From an uncultured Bacillota bacterium (GTDB taxonomy: Bacteria; Sysuimicrobiota; Sysuimicrobiia; Sysuimicrobiales; Segetimicrobiaceae), in NCBI GenBank assembly GCA_963804645.1, contig CAWDRG010000020.1, positions 1 to 64,000 on the forward strand: DNA of 64,000 nucleotides, in the 5' to 3' direction. The first letter of the stretch is position 1. Each line of letters begins with the position of its first letter. The notes below the pieces were generated by a model. It did not search any database and was not told the DNA's origin. It saw nothing but the letters and a program-made list of their open reading frames with translations. Shown here one piece after another: positions 27,949 through 39,367 of this stretch. Both the position numbers and the translations under genes were made by a program.

Positions 27949-29762
27949 CGACCAACGGGATCGTCCGCATCGTCCTGCTTCTCGTCGTCACCTTTCTGCT
28001 CGTCAAGCCCGTCGGCACCTACATGGCGAAGGTCTACGAAGGGGAACGGACCTTCCTGGACCGGTTCCTGAAGCCGCTCGAACGGTGGCTGTACCGGATC
28101 TGCGCCATCGATGCGCAGGCCGACATGCCGTGGCAGACATACACGATCGCGCTGCTCGTCTTTACGATCGTCGGCATGCTGCTCTTGTACGCGCTGCAGC
28201 GGCTGCAGGGCGTGCTGCCGTTCAACCCCCAGGCGATGGGCCCGGTCGATCCGAGCCTTGCGTTCAACACCGCCACGTCGTTCGCGACGAACACGAACTG
28301 GCAGAACTACGGCGGAGAGACTACGCTCAGCTACTTCAGCCAGATGGCGGGGCTGACAGTGAAGAACTTCACCTCGGCCGCCGTCGGCATGGCGGTCCTG
28401 GTGGCCCTGATCCGCGGCCTGACGCGCCGCTCGGTCAAGTCGATCGGCAACTTCTGGGTCGATACGGTGCGCGGGGTCCTGTACGTACTCATGCCGCTTT
28501 CGATCGTCCTCGCGCTGCTGCTGGCGTGGCAGGGGCTCCCGGCGACGCTGTCGGCGTACACGACGGCGACCCTCATGGAGCCGACCTCGTACCAGCAGCC
28601 GGTCACCGATGCGAACGGGAAGCCGGTACTCGACGCCAAGGGTCAGCCGGAGACCAAGACGGTCAAGGTGACCGAGCAGCAGATCGCCATCGGTCCCGTG
28701 GCGTCGCAAATTGCGATCAAGGAGCTCGGCACGAACGGTGGCGGATTTTTCAATACCAACTCAGCGCATCCGTTCGAGAACCCAACGCCGCTCTCGAACT
28801 TCCTCGAAATGCTTGCGATCTTGCTTATCCCAATGGCACTCGTCTACACGTACGGCCGGATGGTGAAGGACACCCGCCAGGGCTGGGCGTTGCTCGCGGC
28901 GATGACGATCTGCTTCCTTCCGGCCATCGGGGTCGCCGTGGGGTTCGAGCAGGCCGGCAACCCGCTGTTCCATTCGCTCGGCGTCGATCAGGTCGCGAGC
29001 GCGGTGCAGCCTGGCGGGAACATGGAAGGCAAGGAGGTCCGGTTCGGCCCCGTCGACTCGGCACTCTGGGCCGTGTCGACGACCTCGACCTCGAACGGCT
29101 CGGTGAACTCGATGCACGACTCCTACACCCCGATCGCCGGCATGGTGCCGATGATCATGATGCACCTCGGTGAGATCATCTACGGCGGCGTGGGCACCGG
29201 AATGTACGACATGGTGGCGCTCGTCATTGTCGCCGCGTTCGTCGCGGGATTGATGGTGGGCCGCACGCCGGAGTACCTCGGCAAGAAGATCGAATCGTTC
29301 GAGATGAAGATGGCCACGATCGTCGTGCTGGTGATGCCGGCGGTTGTGCTGGTCGGGACCGCGCTCGGGGTCGCGACTGCGGCCGGCAGGGCCGGGGTGT
29401 CGAACCCGGGCCCGCACGGGTTCAGCGAGATCCTCTACGCGTTTACGTCCATGGGCAACAACAACGGCAGCGCGTTCGCGGGCCTGAACGGCAACACCCC
29501 GTTTTACAACGACGTCGGGGCGGCCGTGATGTGGCTCGGACGGTTCTGGGAGATTGTTCCGGTGCTCGCGATCGCCGGATCCCTGGCCGCCAAGAAGCTC
29601 GTGCCGCCGGGCGCGGGGACGCTGCCCACGCACACGCCGCTGTTCGTCGCGTGGCTGGTGGCGGTGATTATCGTGCTGGGGGCGTTGAGCTTCCTGCCCG
29701 TGCTGGCGCTTGGGCCGATCGTCGAGCACCTGCTGCTGGTCGCCGGCACCACCTTCAAGTGA
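27945..29762 (+). CDS. kdpA: K+-transporting ATPase subunit A (canonical)
   Basis: All four filter motifs canonical: NTNWQ, GTNGGG, SNGSV, NNGSA. Confidence 0.98.
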   Translation: MTTNGIVRIVLLLVVTFLLVKPVGTYMAKVYEGERTFLDRFLKPLERWLYRICAIDAQADMPWQTYTIALLVFTIVGMLLLYALQRLQGVLPFNPQAMGPVDPSLAFNTATSFATNTNWQNYGGETTLSYFSQMAGLTVKNFTSAAVGMAVLVALIRGLTRRSVKSIGNFWVDTVRGVLYVLMPLSIVLALLLAWQGLPATLSAYTTATLMEPTSYQQPVTDANGKPVLDAKGQPETKTVKVTEQQIAIGPVASQIAIKELGTNGGGFFNTNSAHPFENPTPLSNFLEMLAILLIPMALVYTYGRMVKDTRQGWALLAAMTICFLPAIGVAVGFEQAGNPLFHSLGVDQVASAVQPGGNMEGKEVRFGPVDSALWAVSTTSTSNGSVNSMHDSYTPIAGMVPMIMMHLGEIIYGGVGTGMYDMVALVIVAAFVAGLMVGRTPEYLGKKIESFEMKMATIVVLVMPAVVLVGTALGVATAAGRAGVSNPGPHGFSEILYAFTSMGNNNGSAFAGLNGNTPFYNDVGAAVMWLGRFWEIVPVLAIAGSLAAKKLVPPGAGTLPTHTPLFVAWLVAVIIVLGALSFLPVLALGPIVEHLLLVAGTTFK

Positions 29763-29775
29763 GGAGACGGAGAGC

Positions 29776-31866
29776 ATGAGCGTAGAGACCACGCACCGCG
29801 CGGCCCCCCAGCAGGCCATGATTTGGCGAGTGGCGATCCGGGACGCGTTCCTGCGGCTGGATCCGCGCCAGCAGTTGCGCAACCCGGTGATGTTCGTCGT
29901 GGAGATCGGCAGCGTGTTCACGACGATCCTGTTCTTCCAGGCGCTCGGGGGGAAGGGCGAGGCGCCCGCGCCGTTTATCGGCAGCGTGGCGATCTGGCTC
30001 TGGTTCACCGTCGTGTTCGCAAACTTTGCGGAGGCGCTGGCCGAGGGACGCGGCAAGGCACAGGCGGAGGCGCTGCGGCGCGCGCGCCGGACCATCTCGG
30101 CGCGGCGGCTCGCGCGGCCGGAACGCACCGCGCCGTCGGAAACCGTTCCGTCTACCGCGCTGCGGAAGGGCGACGTCGTCCTGGTCCAGGTCGGCGAGGC
30201 GATCCCCGCCGACGGCGAGGTGATCGAAGGCGTCGCGTCCGTCGACGAGAGCGCCGTGACCGGCGAGAGCGCCCCGGTGATCCGCGAATCGGGCGGCGAC
30301 CGGAGCGCCGTGACCGGCAGCACCGTGGTGCTGTCCGACTGGCTCCTGATCCGCATCACCGCCAATCCCGGCGAGGGCTTCATCGACCGCATGATCGCGC
30401 TGATCGAGGGCGCGCGGCGGCAGAAGACGCCGAACGAGATCGCGCTGACAATCCTGCTCGTCGGCTTCACGATCCTGTTCCTGCTGGTCTGCGCGACACT
30501 GTACCCGTACTCGGTGTTCAGCGTCAGCGTCGCGGGCCACGGCACGCCGGTGACGATCACGGTGCTGATCGCGCTCCTAGTGTGCCTGATCCCGACGACG
30601 ATCGGCGGCCTCCTGAGCGCGATCGGCATCGCGGGGATGGACCGCATGATCAAGCGCAACGTGATCGCCCTGTCGGGCCGTGCCGTGGAGGCTGCGGGCG
30701 ACGTGGACGTGCTCTTGCTCGACAAGACCGGCACGATCACGCTCGGCAACCGGCAGGCGGTCGAGTTCATCCCGGTGGACGGAGTGGACGCACGGCAACT
30801 CGCGGAAGCGGCGCAGCTCGCGTCCCTGGCCGACGAGACGCCGGAAGGCCGCAGCATCGTGGTGCTCGCAAAGGACCAGTATGCGATGCGGGGCCGCACC
30901 GTCGGCGGCACGGAAGAGGCGCCGCACGGCGCCACGTTCGTGCCGTTCAGCGCCCAGACGCGGATGAGCGGCGTGGATTTCGATGGGACGGTCATCCGCA
31001 AGGGTGCGGCGACGGCGATCATCGAGTTCGTGGAGGGGCGCGGCGGCCGGATTCCCCCAGAGCTCAACGCCACGGTTGATCGGATCTCCAGGACGGGCGG
31101 CACGCCGCTGGTCGTGTCCAGGAACGATACCGTGCTTGGCGTCATCTACTTGAAGGACATCGTGAAGGGCGGCATCAAGGAGCGATTCCTGCAGCTGCGG
31201 AAAATGGGCATTCGCACGGTCATGATCACCGGCGACAATCCGTTGACGGCCGCCGCGATCGCCGCCGAGTCCGGGGTGGACGATTTTCTGGCGCAGGCGA
31301 AGCCCGAGGACAAACTCAAGCTGATCCGCGATTACCAGTCCGGCGGCCGGCTCGTGGCGATGACCGGCGACGGCACCAACGATGCGCCGGCGCTCGCGCA
31401 GGCCGACGTGGCGGTGGCCATGAACACCGGGACGCAGCCGGCGCGGGAAGCCGCGAATATGATCGACCTCGACAGCAACCCGACGAAGCTGATCGAGGTC
31501 GTCGAGATCGGCAAGCAGCTGCTGATGACGCGGGGCGCGCTGACGACGTTCAGCATCGCGAACGACGTCGCCAAGTACTTCGCGATCATCCCGGCGGCCT
31601 TTGCGTCCACGTACCCCGTGCTGACCGCGCTCAACTTCATGCGCCTCAGCACCCCGGACAACGCGATTTCGGCCGCCGTGATCTTCAATGCGCTGATCAT
31701 CATTGCGCTCATTCCGCTGTCGCTGCGGGGCGTCAAGTACCGCCCGGCCAGCGCCGGGGAGATCCTGCGCGACAACCTGCTGCTCTACGGCGTCGGCGGC
31801 GTCATCGCGCCGTTCATCGGGATCAAGTTGATCGACGTGATTCTCGTCGCGCTGGGGCTCCATTAG
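29776..31866 (+). CDS. kdpB: K+-transporting ATPase subunit B
   Basis: RNPVMF, TGES, DKTGT, TGDN, GDGTND, NDVAKYF. Confidence 0.98.
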   Translation: MSVETTHRAAPQQAMIWRVAIRDAFLRLDPRQQLRNPVMFVVEIGSVFTTILFFQALGGKGEAPAPFIGSVAIWLWFTVVFANFAEALAEGRGKAQAEALRRARRTISARRLARPERTAPSETVPSTALRKGDVVLVQVGEAIPADGEVIEGVASVDESAVTGESAPVIRESGGDRSAVTGSTVVLSDWLLIRITANPGEGFIDRMIALIEGARRQKTPNEIALTILLVGFTILFLLVCATLYPYSVFSVSVAGHGTPVTITVLIALLVCLIPTTIGGLLSAIGIAGMDRMIKRNVIALSGRAVEAAGDVDVLLLDKTGTITLGNRQAVEFIPVDGVDARQLAEAAQLASLADETPEGRSIVVLAKDQYAMRGRTVGGTEEAPHGATFVPFSAQTRMSGVDFDGTVIRKGAATAIIEFVEGRGGRIPPELNATVDRISRTGGTPLVVSRNDTVLGVIYLKDIVKGGIKERFLQLRKMGIRTVMITGDNPLTAAAIAAESGVDDFLAQAKPEDKLKLIRDYQSGGRLVAMTGDGTNDAPALAQADVAVAMNTGTQPAREAANMIDLDSNPTKLIEVVEIGKQLLMTRGALTTFSIANDVAKYFAIIPAAFASTYPVLTALNFMRLSTPDNAISAAVIFNALIIIALIPLSLRGVKYRPASAGEILRDNLLLYGVGGVIAPFIGIKLIDVILVALGLH

Positions 31867-31946
31867 GATGCCCGCGCGGCCAATGCATCACACGGCGGCC
31901 CGCAGTCGAGCGGTGGGCGCCGACCACCGATAAGGAGCGAGGAATC

Positions 31947-32519
31947 ATGCGCGCACAACTGCTTCCAGCGGTCATGCTGACCCTGATGCTGGCGATCATT
32001 ACGGGGCTGTGCTATCCGCTCGTAATCACCGGGATCGCGCAGGTCCTGTTTCCGCACCAGGCGAACGGCAGCCTGATCGTGGATCATGGCAAGGTCGTGG
32101 GCTCCGAGCTGATCGGCCAGCCGTTCGCGGACCCCGGCCACTTTTGGAGCCGGCCGTCGGCCACGTCGCCGCAGGCCTACAACGCCGCGTCGTCCAGCGG
32201 CTCGAACCTGGGCCCGACGAACCAGGCGCTGATCGACCAGGTGAAGGCGAACGTCGCGGCGCTCCGCCAGGCGGATCCGGGGAACACCGCGCCGGTGCCG
32301 GTGGACCTCGTCACGAACTCCGCGAGCGGGCTCGATCCCGACATCAGCGTCGCGGCGGCGCTGTACCAGGTGCCGCGGGTCGCGCGGGTGCGCAAGCTGC
32401 CGGTCGAGACCGTCCGCACCCTCGTGGCGCAGTACACGGAGGGCCGCCAGCTGGGCGTGCTCGGGGAGCCGCGGGTGAACGTGCTCGAATTGAACCGGGC
32501 GCTCGACCAGGTGAAGTGA
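31947..32519 (+). CDS. kdpC: K+-transporting ATPase subunit C
   Basis: [34 protein letters not shown]. Confidence 0.97.
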   Translation: MRAQLLPAVMLTLMLAIITGLCYPLVITGIAQVLFPHQANGSLIVDHGKVVGSELIGQPFADPGHFWSRPSATSPQAYNAASSSGSNLGPTNQALIDQVKANVAALRQADPGNTAPVPVDLVTNSASGLDPDISVAAALYQVPRVARVRKLPVETVRTLVAQYTEGRQLGVLGEPRVNVLELNRALDQVK

Positions 32520-32556
32520 GCGCCGCGGGCGCCGCACGGATGTACGGCCGCGTCGC

Positions 32557-33261
32557 GTGGGCCACGCCGTAGCAGGAGCCGGGCCGCGCATTCTCGTCGT
32601 CGACGACGAGGAGCCGGCGCGCCGGCTGCTGTGCGTGCAGTTTGCCGCCCGGGGCTACCGCGTCGTCGAAGCCGCGACCGGGCAGGCGGGGTTGTCGACC
32701 GCCGCGACCCTGCACCCCGATCTGGTCATCGTGGACCTCGAGCTTCCGGATCTCGACGGCCTCGAGGTCATCCGGCGGCTCCGGGAGTGGTCGAACACCC
32801 CGATCGTCGCCTTGTCCGTCCGCGATCTAGAGGCGCAGAAGGTCGCCGCGCTGGACGCCGGGGCGGACGACTACGTCACTAAGCCGTTCAGCACCGGCGA
32901 GCTGCTGGCGCGCATTCGGGTCGCGCTGCGCCACGTCCCCCGCGGCGCGGCCGAGCCCCGGATCGTGATCGGCGCCCTCACCGTCGACGTGGCCCGACGA
33001 AGGGTCACCATGGGGACGCGGGAAGTGGCGCTCACCCCCGTCGAGTACTCGCTGTTGAAAGCGTTGGCGCGTTCGCCGGACTCGGTGCACATGCACCGGC
33101 ACCTCCTCCGTGACGTGTGGGGCCCTGCCTACGAGCGGGATCTCAACCTCCTCCGCGTCAGCGTCAATAAGCTCCGCCGCAAAATCGAGTCGAACCCGGC
33201 GCGGCCGCAGTACATTGTCACCGAAGCGGGCGTCGGCTACCGGCTGCGATCTCCGCAGTGA
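32557..33261 (+). CDS. kdpE: KdpE-like OmpR family response regulator
   Basis: ILVVDDE, DLELPDLDG, LDAGADDYVTKPF, VWGP, LRRKIE, GVGYRL; follows kdpC. Confidence 0.9.
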   Translation: MGHAVAGAGPRILVVDDEEPARRLLCVQFAARGYRVVEAATGQAGLSTAATLHPDLVIVDLELPDLDGLEVIRRLREWSNTPIVALSVRDLEAQKVAALDAGADDYVTKPFSTGELLARIRVALRHVPRGAAEPRIVIGALTVDVARRRVTMGTREVALTPVEYSLLKALARSPDSVHMHRHLLRDVWGPAYERDLNLLRVSVNKLRRKIESNPARPQYIVTEAGVGYRLRSPQ

Positions 33262-33337
33262 CGGGGCCGTTCCCCAAGCCGGGCACGTCACGGCCTGGCC
33301 CAGCGGGTCCGGTCTGCGCCTGGGAGCGAGGATGTAC

Positions 33338-33366
33338 TTACCAGCCGGCTGCCCTGGTGTTAGAAT
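33338..33366 (+). promoter_or_regulatory. Candidate sigma70 promoter
   Basis: TTACCA-17-TAGAAT with TG extension. Confidence 0.45.
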
Positions 33367-33476
33367 GCTACTGAACGAGTGACGCCGCGATTCCCCCATG
33401 TGCCCGAACGCTCGCGCGGCACGGTGTGAGCGACGATGCCGTCAGGACAGGCTGACCATTTCATCAGCGGAGGAGA

Positions 33477-33689
33477 ATGCTCTCGATGCGACGCGACCAG
33501 CGGCAGACCGGCAGCACGCGTACCGCCAAGCCAAGCAAGATGGACTCGGTGCATCCGCCAGCTTCGTCGGGCTTCAAGCCCGGGCCGTTTGCCCGAGACC
33601 GATACCTTCAAGAGATTAAGGCGCCAACCGGCAGGATGCTGCGCAGGTCCATGGGGGCGAATCTCAAGCCCGACGCCCGGAAGGCCTAG
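33477..33689 (+). CDS. Small basic hypothetical protein (70 aa)
   Basis: GGAGGAG just upstream; lies downstream of the candidate promoter. Confidence 0.4.
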   Translation: MLSMRRDQRQTGSTRTAKPSKMDSVHPPASSGFKPGPFARDRYLQEIKAPTGRMLRRSMGANLKPDARKA

Positions 33690-33913
33690 GCAACCGGCGC
33701 GCCCGGGATCCGAGCGGGCCTGCGCCGGGCCCGCCGGGGGGGCGCAGAGAGCCCGAGGGCGCGCGGCGGAAGCGGACCGTCATGGACGCGAGATGTGGTG
33801 GCCGTGCCGGCCTGACGCGAGAGTGCGTCCGGTCAGCACGGCCTTCTTCGTGAGCACCGGGCGTGTCTGCAGTGCGTCCGGCGAAGCCCCGTCTGGGGCG
33901 GAGAGGAGACGCC

Positions 33914-34300
33914 ATGCTGGATGAAGTGATTGGACGCATCACACGGTTGGAGGACCAGGCCACGGTGAGGAGAGTCTTCGGCGAGCCCATCCGCGAGCAC
34001 GGCCGTACCATTATTCCGGTGGCCAAGGCGGCGTACGGGTTTGGTTTCGGAGGCGGGCGGACTGCGGCGCGAGAGCAGGAAGCAGCACCGACAGGCGAGC
34101 ACGAGACCGGGACCGGCGGGGGCGGCGGTGGTGGCCTGCGAGTCTCTCCCGTGGCGCTCGTGGAGATGACGGAGACCGGCACGAAAGTCCGGCCGATCGT
34201 CGATGTGACCCGCCTGGTGCTGGCTGGGATCGGCTTGATCGCGTGGAACGTCTTTTGGATCACGCTCACCGTCAGGGTAGTTGCGAGGCACCGCCGGTAG
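33914..34300 (+). CDS. GerW/YtfJ family protein
   Basis: VFGEPI, TIIPVA, GFGFGGG, GGGGGGG..VSPVA. Confidence 0.85.
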   Translation: MLDEVIGRITRLEDQATVRRVFGEPIREHGRTIIPVAKAAYGFGFGGGRTAAREQEAAPTGEHETGTGGGGGGGLRVSPVALVEMTETGTKVRPIVDVTRLVLAGIGLIAWNVFWITLTVRVVARHRR

Positions 34301-34325
34301 CGCGGGACCGCTGGGGCGGCGCCGG

Positions 34326-35138
34326 TCAGGCGGCACCGTGTTGCGCGGGCGTCAGCGCGAGGTACAGGGTTCTCGCGTGCGGCCTTCGGACGCGTCTGCC
34401 CGGGCGTGTGTCGATGAGGCGCCGGACCTCGGCGTAAAATGCGGCGCGCGTCGCCGGATCCATGGCGCGATAGCCGGAGTGCGTGTTGAGGAAGTCGACG
34501 TACTCGTCGGCGGTGTACTCGGCGGCCCACGAGTAACGCCTGACATGCAGTTGCGCGAATAACCCGCTCTGCTCGATCTCGGCGGGTGGATCCGAGGCGG
34601 GGCGGGAGTGCGAGGGCGACCCTGCCTCGGCCGCGGCCCGCATCGTCCGGTAGCATTCCCTGATCTGCTGGAAGAACGGGTCGGACTGCTCTCCGTCGGC
34701 ACGGCCTGAGCCGACGATGGCGAGCGCGCCGCCCGGCTTGAGCAGCGCCGCCGCTTTGGCGTAGCGGATGTCCGGATCGATCCAGTGCCACGACGACGCG
34801 GCGAACACCACGTCGAACGGAGCACGCCGGGGCTCCCACGTCTCGAACGCGGCGGTCACCACTTCGACGCGAGGAAACGCCGCGAGGTTTCGGCGGGCGA
34901 CCGCGGCGAGGCGGTGACCGAGCTCGATGCACAGGACGGAGTAGCCTCGACGGGCGAGCGGCAGGGTCGCCTTGCCCGGGCCGCAGCCGATCTCCAATAC
35001 CGTTGAGTCCGGCCCGAGGCCGGCGAGCGCCCCGACATCGTCAAACAACGGCTCGGGGTAGCCGGGGCGGGCGCGGTCGTAGAGTTCCGCGTCTTCATCG
35101 AATGTGTGCCGCAGGACCTTACGCGCATCGTGCGCCAT
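34326..35138 (-). CDS. Class I SAM-dependent methyltransferase
   Basis: YDRARPGYP, VLEIGCGPGKAT, SSWHW. Confidence 0.92.
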   Translation of the reverse strand: MAHDARKVLRHTFDEDAELYDRARPGYPEPLFDDVGALAGLGPDSTVLEIGCGPGKATLPLARRGYSVLCIELGHRLAAVARRNLAAFPRVEVVTAAFETWEPRRAPFDVVFAASSWHWIDPDIRYAKAAALLKPGGALAIVGSGRADGEQSDPFFQQIRECYRTMRAAAEAGSPSHSRPASDPPAEIEQSGLFAQLHVRRYSWAAEYTADEYVDFLNTHSGYRAMDPATRAAFYAEVRRLIDTRPGRRVRRPHARTLYLALTPAQHGAA

Positions 35139-35225
35139 GACGACTCCTGTGGGGATGCGCTGGCGGCTGGGACCGGCTGCGGGTCCGCGGCGGCCGCATC
35201 ACGCGGCGCCGCGCCGCGCGCGTCC

Positions 35226-35726
35226 TTACTTGAGACGATCTTGAATCTTCGCGAGCCCGGCGCGGGCGCAGGCTTCATCGAGGTTGCCGCCCGGCGCGCC
35301 GGCGGCGCCGATCGCCCCGATCACTTCATTGCCGATCCGGATGACCACGCCTCCCTGGAACAGCAGCAGATGCGGCAGCTTTGCGGTCAGCGTGCCGATC
35401 GTCTGGGCCCGGTCGAGCAGCGCGCCGGTGTCGTTCTTGAACGTGACGCTCGTGTAGGCTTTGTCGTGCGCGCTGTCGAGCGTATGAATCCCGGCACCGT
35501 CGCCGCGCAGCAGCGCCTGCGTCACGCCGTCCGTGTCGACGACCACGGCGGTCTCCGCGTAGCCCTGCTGCGCGCAGGCTGCGACCGCGGCCCCGACCGC
35601 CTCGTTGGCCAGCTCGGCGTTCAGCCGGTGCACGGCCGTCTGGGCCGACACCCGCGGCGACGACGCACCTGCGCCGATGAGAACGAGGGCGGCGACGGCC
35701 AGGCACATCGCGGCTCTTGCGTGCAT
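35226..35726 (-). CDS. Exported GlcG/HbpS family heme-binding protein
   Basis: Signal peptide; VVVDTDG, LRGDGA, KAYTS, IGAIGAAGAPGG. Confidence 0.88.
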   Translation of the reverse strand: MHARAAMCLAVAALVLIGAGASSPRVSAQTAVHRLNAELANEAVGAAVAACAQQGYAETAVVVDTDGVTQALLRGDGAGIHTLDSAHDKAYTSVTFKNDTGALLDRAQTIGTLTAKLPHLLLFQGGVVIRIGNEVIGAIGAAGAPGGNLDEACARAGLAKIQDRLK

Positions 35727-35938
35727 GATGGCGTCCTCCAGCAAGTGGGTTGACCCGAGTGCCGCCCGGGCCCGCATGTCATGCCATTCCACCACGACGG
35801 GTTCGGTCCTTCCGGCGGTCCCGGCGTACGTCGCCGGCGGGGCGCCGTCGCGGCGGCCGGACGGTGTGGCGTCATAGGAAAGCCGCGGGGTCGTTTGGAA
35901 GTATGCTCCGGGATGCCGTCGGACCAGGAGAGCCACGC

Positions 35939-37639
35939 GTGATCAACCGTGAGACCCCAGCGCTCGCGGCGCTGCAGCCCGAGGGAGCGCTGTCGGGTGC
36001 GGTCGCGGCGGGATGGGCCGCGCTGAATCGGGGAGAGTGGGAGCGCGCGCGGGACGAGTTTCAGACCGCGCTCGCCGCCGGGGATGACCCCGAGGCCTGG
36101 GAAGGGTTGGCCTGGGCCGCATGGTGGCTCCACGACGCGGCGGTGGCGATCGACGCCCGCGAGCGGTCGTACGCGCTCTACCGCGCGCGGAGCGACGCCC
36201 GCGGGGCCGCGCGCGGCGCGATGTGGCTCGCGCAGGATTACATGGAGTTTCGCAACGACGCGGCGGTCGCGAACGGCTGGATGCAGCGCGCCCACCGGCT
36301 GCTCGAGAAGCACCCGCCGTCTGCGGAACACGCCTGGCTGGCTGCCTGCGACGCGCATCTCGCGCTCATGGCGGAAAAGAACCCGGTGACCGCACGGCGG
36401 CTGGCCACCGAGGCGGTGAGCATCAGCGAGGCGCTCGGTATCATCGACGTGGAGATGCTCGGTCGCGCCCTTGAGGGACTGGCGCTGGTCTGTCAGGGCC
36501 AGGTGCGCGAGGGGATGCGCATGCTGGACGAAGCCGCCGCCGCGGCCGTCGCGGGCGAGCTGGCGGATCTCCAGGCGATCAGCTTGACCTGCTGCTACCT
36601 CATCTTCGCGTGCGAGCGGGTCCGCGACTACCCTCGCGCCGCGCAGTGGTGCGAGCGCGTCAAGGAATTCTGCCGCCGGTGGCGGTGCAGCTTCCTCTTC
36701 GCGGTCTGCCGGACTCAATACGCGGGCGTGCTGACGTGGCGTGGAGAGTGGGCGGACGCCGAAGCCGAACTCGCCGCGGCGACGCGCGAGATGAAGGAGA
36801 TCAGCCCCACGCTCGTGCCCTCCGCGACCGCCCGGCTGGCGGAACTCAGGCGCCGCCAGGGGCGGTGGGACGAGGCCGCGGACCTGTTCCGGCAGGTGGA
36901 GACCTCGACCGTCGCGCTGCTCGGCCGCGCCGAGTTGGCCCTCGACCAACAGGAGCCGACGGCGGCGGTCGAGCTCGCCGAGCGGTACCTGCGGCGCTAC
37001 TCCCCCGAGAGCCGCACCGAGCGCGCCCCCGGTCTCGAAGTGCTGTCGCGGGCGCTCGCCGCGTCCGGGGACATCGAACGGGCGCGGGACATCCTCGCGG
37101 AACTCGAGGCGACGACCCGGGCCGTCGCCTCGGAGCCCCTCAGCGCGTTCGCGAGCTTCGCCAGGGGGGCCGTGGCCGTGAGCGCAGGCGACTATCCGCA
37201 GGCCCGGGTGGCGTTCGAAGACGCCGCGGACCTGTTCGCCCGCTGCGGCGCGCCCTTCGAGCACGGGCGCGCCCGCTTGGGGCTGGGCCGCGCCCTTGCC
37301 GGCCTTGCCCGTCCGGACGTGGCGGCGGAGGAGCTTCACAAGGCAGTCGCCGTGCTGCGGCAGCTCGGCGCGGTGCGGGAGGCCGAACGGGCCGAACTGC
37401 TGCTGCGCGAGATGGCTTCGCCCGCGGGAAGCGGGCCGGCCGCGATCGCGCAGCTGACCGCAAAGGAGCTCGAAGTGCTCCGGCTGGCCGCCCAGGGATT
37501 GACCGACAAGGAGATCGCCGCCCGGCTCGGCCGCAGCCAGCACACGATCCACCGGCACGTGGCCAACATCCTGACCAAGCTCGATCTCCCCTCCCGCACG
37601 GCCGCGGCGGCGTACGCCGTCCGCGAAAAACTGCTGTAG
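35939..37639 (+). CDS. TPR-like domain plus LuxR HTH transcriptional regulator
   Basis: C-terminal LTAKELEVLRLAAQGLTDKEIAARL..S.HT...HV.NIL.KL; helical repeats upstream; start inferred from AGGAG. Confidence 0.9.
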   Translation: MINRETPALAALQPEGALSGAVAAGWAALNRGEWERARDEFQTALAAGDDPEAWEGLAWAAWWLHDAAVAIDARERSYALYRARSDARGAARGAMWLAQDYMEFRNDAAVANGWMQRAHRLLEKHPPSAEHAWLAACDAHLALMAEKNPVTARRLATEAVSISEALGIIDVEMLGRALEGLALVCQGQVREGMRMLDEAAAAAVAGELADLQAISLTCCYLIFACERVRDYPRAAQWCERVKEFCRRWRCSFLFAVCRTQYAGVLTWRGEWADAEAELAAATREMKEISPTLVPSATARLAELRRRQGRWDEAADLFRQVETSTVALLGRAELALDQQEPTAAVELAERYLRRYSPESRTERAPGLEVLSRALAASGDIERARDILAELEATTRAVASEPLSAFASFARGAVAVSAGDYPQARVAFEDAADLFARCGAPFEHGRARLGLGRALAGLARPDVAAEELHKAVAVLRQLGAVREAERAELLLREMASPAGSGPAAIAQLTAKELEVLRLAAQGLTDKEIAARLGRSQHTIHRHVANILTKLDLPSRTAAAAYAVREKLL

Positions 37640-37813
37640 GCCGCGTCGGCGCTCCTCCCCTCGCCGAGTGCCTGGCCTGTTTCGGCCATGCGCCCGCGGG
37701 GCCTCATGGTGTGAAATCGCGAAGTCGCGCCGCCCCCGGCGCGCGTACACTCACGCTGCAGGCCCGCAGGCCGCGTTGGTGCCCGGCCGGGTCGAGCTCG
37801 AACGGGAGGGACG

Positions 37814-37975
37814 ATGATGAAGAAGGTCGTGTGCCCGCCGTGTGGGACGGAGATCACCGCGTATACCGACGATGAGCTCGTGCTGAAAGTTCAGGATCAC
37901 GCAAAGAGAGAACACGGCCACGATCTGACGCGCGAGCACATCCTCGCCGCCGCAAAGGAGGCAAAAGGGTCGTGA
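37814..37975 (+). CDS. DUF1059-like small metal-binding protein (53 aa)
   Basis: GGGAGG RBS; MMKKVVCPPCG..TDDELV..VQDHAKREH; GTGA overlap with the next gene. Confidence 0.82.
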   Translation: MMKKVVCPPCGTEITAYTDDELVLKVQDHAKREHGHDLTREHILAAAKEAKGS

Positions 37976-38778
37976 CGGCGATCCGGCAGGTCCAAGGGTC
38001 GGCGGCGGTCCAGGGGCCGCTCTGGAGCACTCGGGCGCACGACTGGGCCGAAGTCCAGGAGCGCATGTCGCGACCGCTGTACGAGGCCGTGCTGCGGCAG
38101 ACCAGCGTCGGCGCCGGCACGTCGCTCCTCGACGTGGGGTGCGGCGCGGGACTGTTCTGCGAGCTCGCCGCCTCGCGAGGAGCCCGGGTCACAGGGATCG
38201 ACGCCGCCGAGGAGTTCGTCGCGATCGCGCAGAGGCGGACCCCGGCCGGGGAGTTTCGGGTTGCCGAGATGGAGGCACTGCCGCACGGCGCCCGGGCGTT
38301 TGATGTCGTGACGGGATTCAACTCGTTCCAGTTCGCGGTTTGTCCCGCCGCCGCGCTGGCGGAAGCGCGTCGCGTAGCGAGGCCGGGCGCACCGGTCGTC
38401 GTCGCCACCTGGGGAAATCCGGCGCACAGCGAGCTCGCCCAGTTCCTGATCGCGCTGCGTCCGCTGCTGCCTCCCGCCCCCCCGGATGCGCCGGGACCCT
38501 TTGCCCTCTCAGCGGAAGGGGCGCTCGATGCCTTCGCGAGGGAGGCGGGCCTGACGCCCCGCAGCGTGGACGAGGTGGAGTGTCCGTTCGAGTATCCGGA
38601 CTTCGCTACCGCGGTGCGGGGACTACTCTCGGCCGGCCCTTCGGTCCGTGCGATTCAGGTTTCCGGGGAGGACCGAGTGCGCGACGTGACCGCGCGCGTC
38701 CTGGCGCCGTATCGTCTGTCCTCCGGCGGGTACCGGCTCGAGAACAGCCTTCGGTTCATGATCGCGACCGCGTCGTAG
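37972..38778 (+). CDS. Class I SAM-dependent methyltransferase
   Basis: LLDVGCGAG, FDVVTGFNSFQF, PGPFALS. Confidence 0.92.
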   Translation: MTAIRQVQGSAAVQGPLWSTRAHDWAEVQERMSRPLYEAVLRQTSVGAGTSLLDVGCGAGLFCELAASRGARVTGIDAAEEFVAIAQRRTPAGEFRVAEMEALPHGARAFDVVTGFNSFQFAVCPAAALAEARRVARPGAPVVVATWGNPAHSELAQFLIALRPLLPPAPPDAPGPFALSAEGALDAFAREAGLTPRSVDEVECPFEYPDFATAVRGLLSAGPSVRAIQVSGEDRVRDVTARVLAPYRLSSGGYRLENSLRFMIATAS

Positions 38779-38933
38779 TCCCAGGGGCCGCGCCGCCGAG
38801 CGTTTCGCGCCGGCGGCGCGGCTCCACGCGCGTCCCGCTCGGCGGGGTGGAGTTTTGGTGCCGCAAGAGTAACGTCGGCCACGGCCAGCGCCGCGAGGCC
38901 CAGCGTCACGTCCACGAGCCGATAGCCGCTCCC

Positions 38934-38984
38934 CCAGCTGCGCCGTCACGGGCACACTCGATCCCCCTGGCGTGACGCGCGGCA
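38934..38984. repeat. Imperfect 51-bp repeat, copy 1 (hairpin-forming)
   Basis: 41/51 identical to 39978-40028 by manual alignment; first 16 nt identical. Confidence 0.7.
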
Positions 38985-39367
38985 GGGACCGACGAAGCCT
39001 GCTCGGGGTTCATCGCCGCCATCCTGCTTCTTGGGCCTCAAACCACCGACGCGCCTCACGTTCCACTAACCACGCGTGCACTCGGCCGATCAGTCGCCGT
39101 AACATTGGTCCCCCCGTGGTATGCTCCGTTCTCACGCCGCCTTGGGGGGGGTGCGGTGTGGCTTGTGCTACGGGTGTTCTTCCAAGGGGAAGCGTACCGC
39201 TTTCCGAGAGGTGCCCACAATGGGACTTTCGGTTGCCCTTGTGACGAAAGTACTACTTGGGGGGAGTCGAACCTGTGACCGCTGACGCTCCACCTGCTCG
39301 CAATCGCGCCGGAGTTGGTAATAATTACGTCGAGAGGCATCCTCGCCGCCAAGGAGGCTGGAGACGC

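Noticed and set aside
33600..33860. c-di-AMP or SAM riboswitch (GGGGCGAATC, GGCAACC)
   Set aside because: Other required conserved segments are missing; an Rfam cmscan would settle it.
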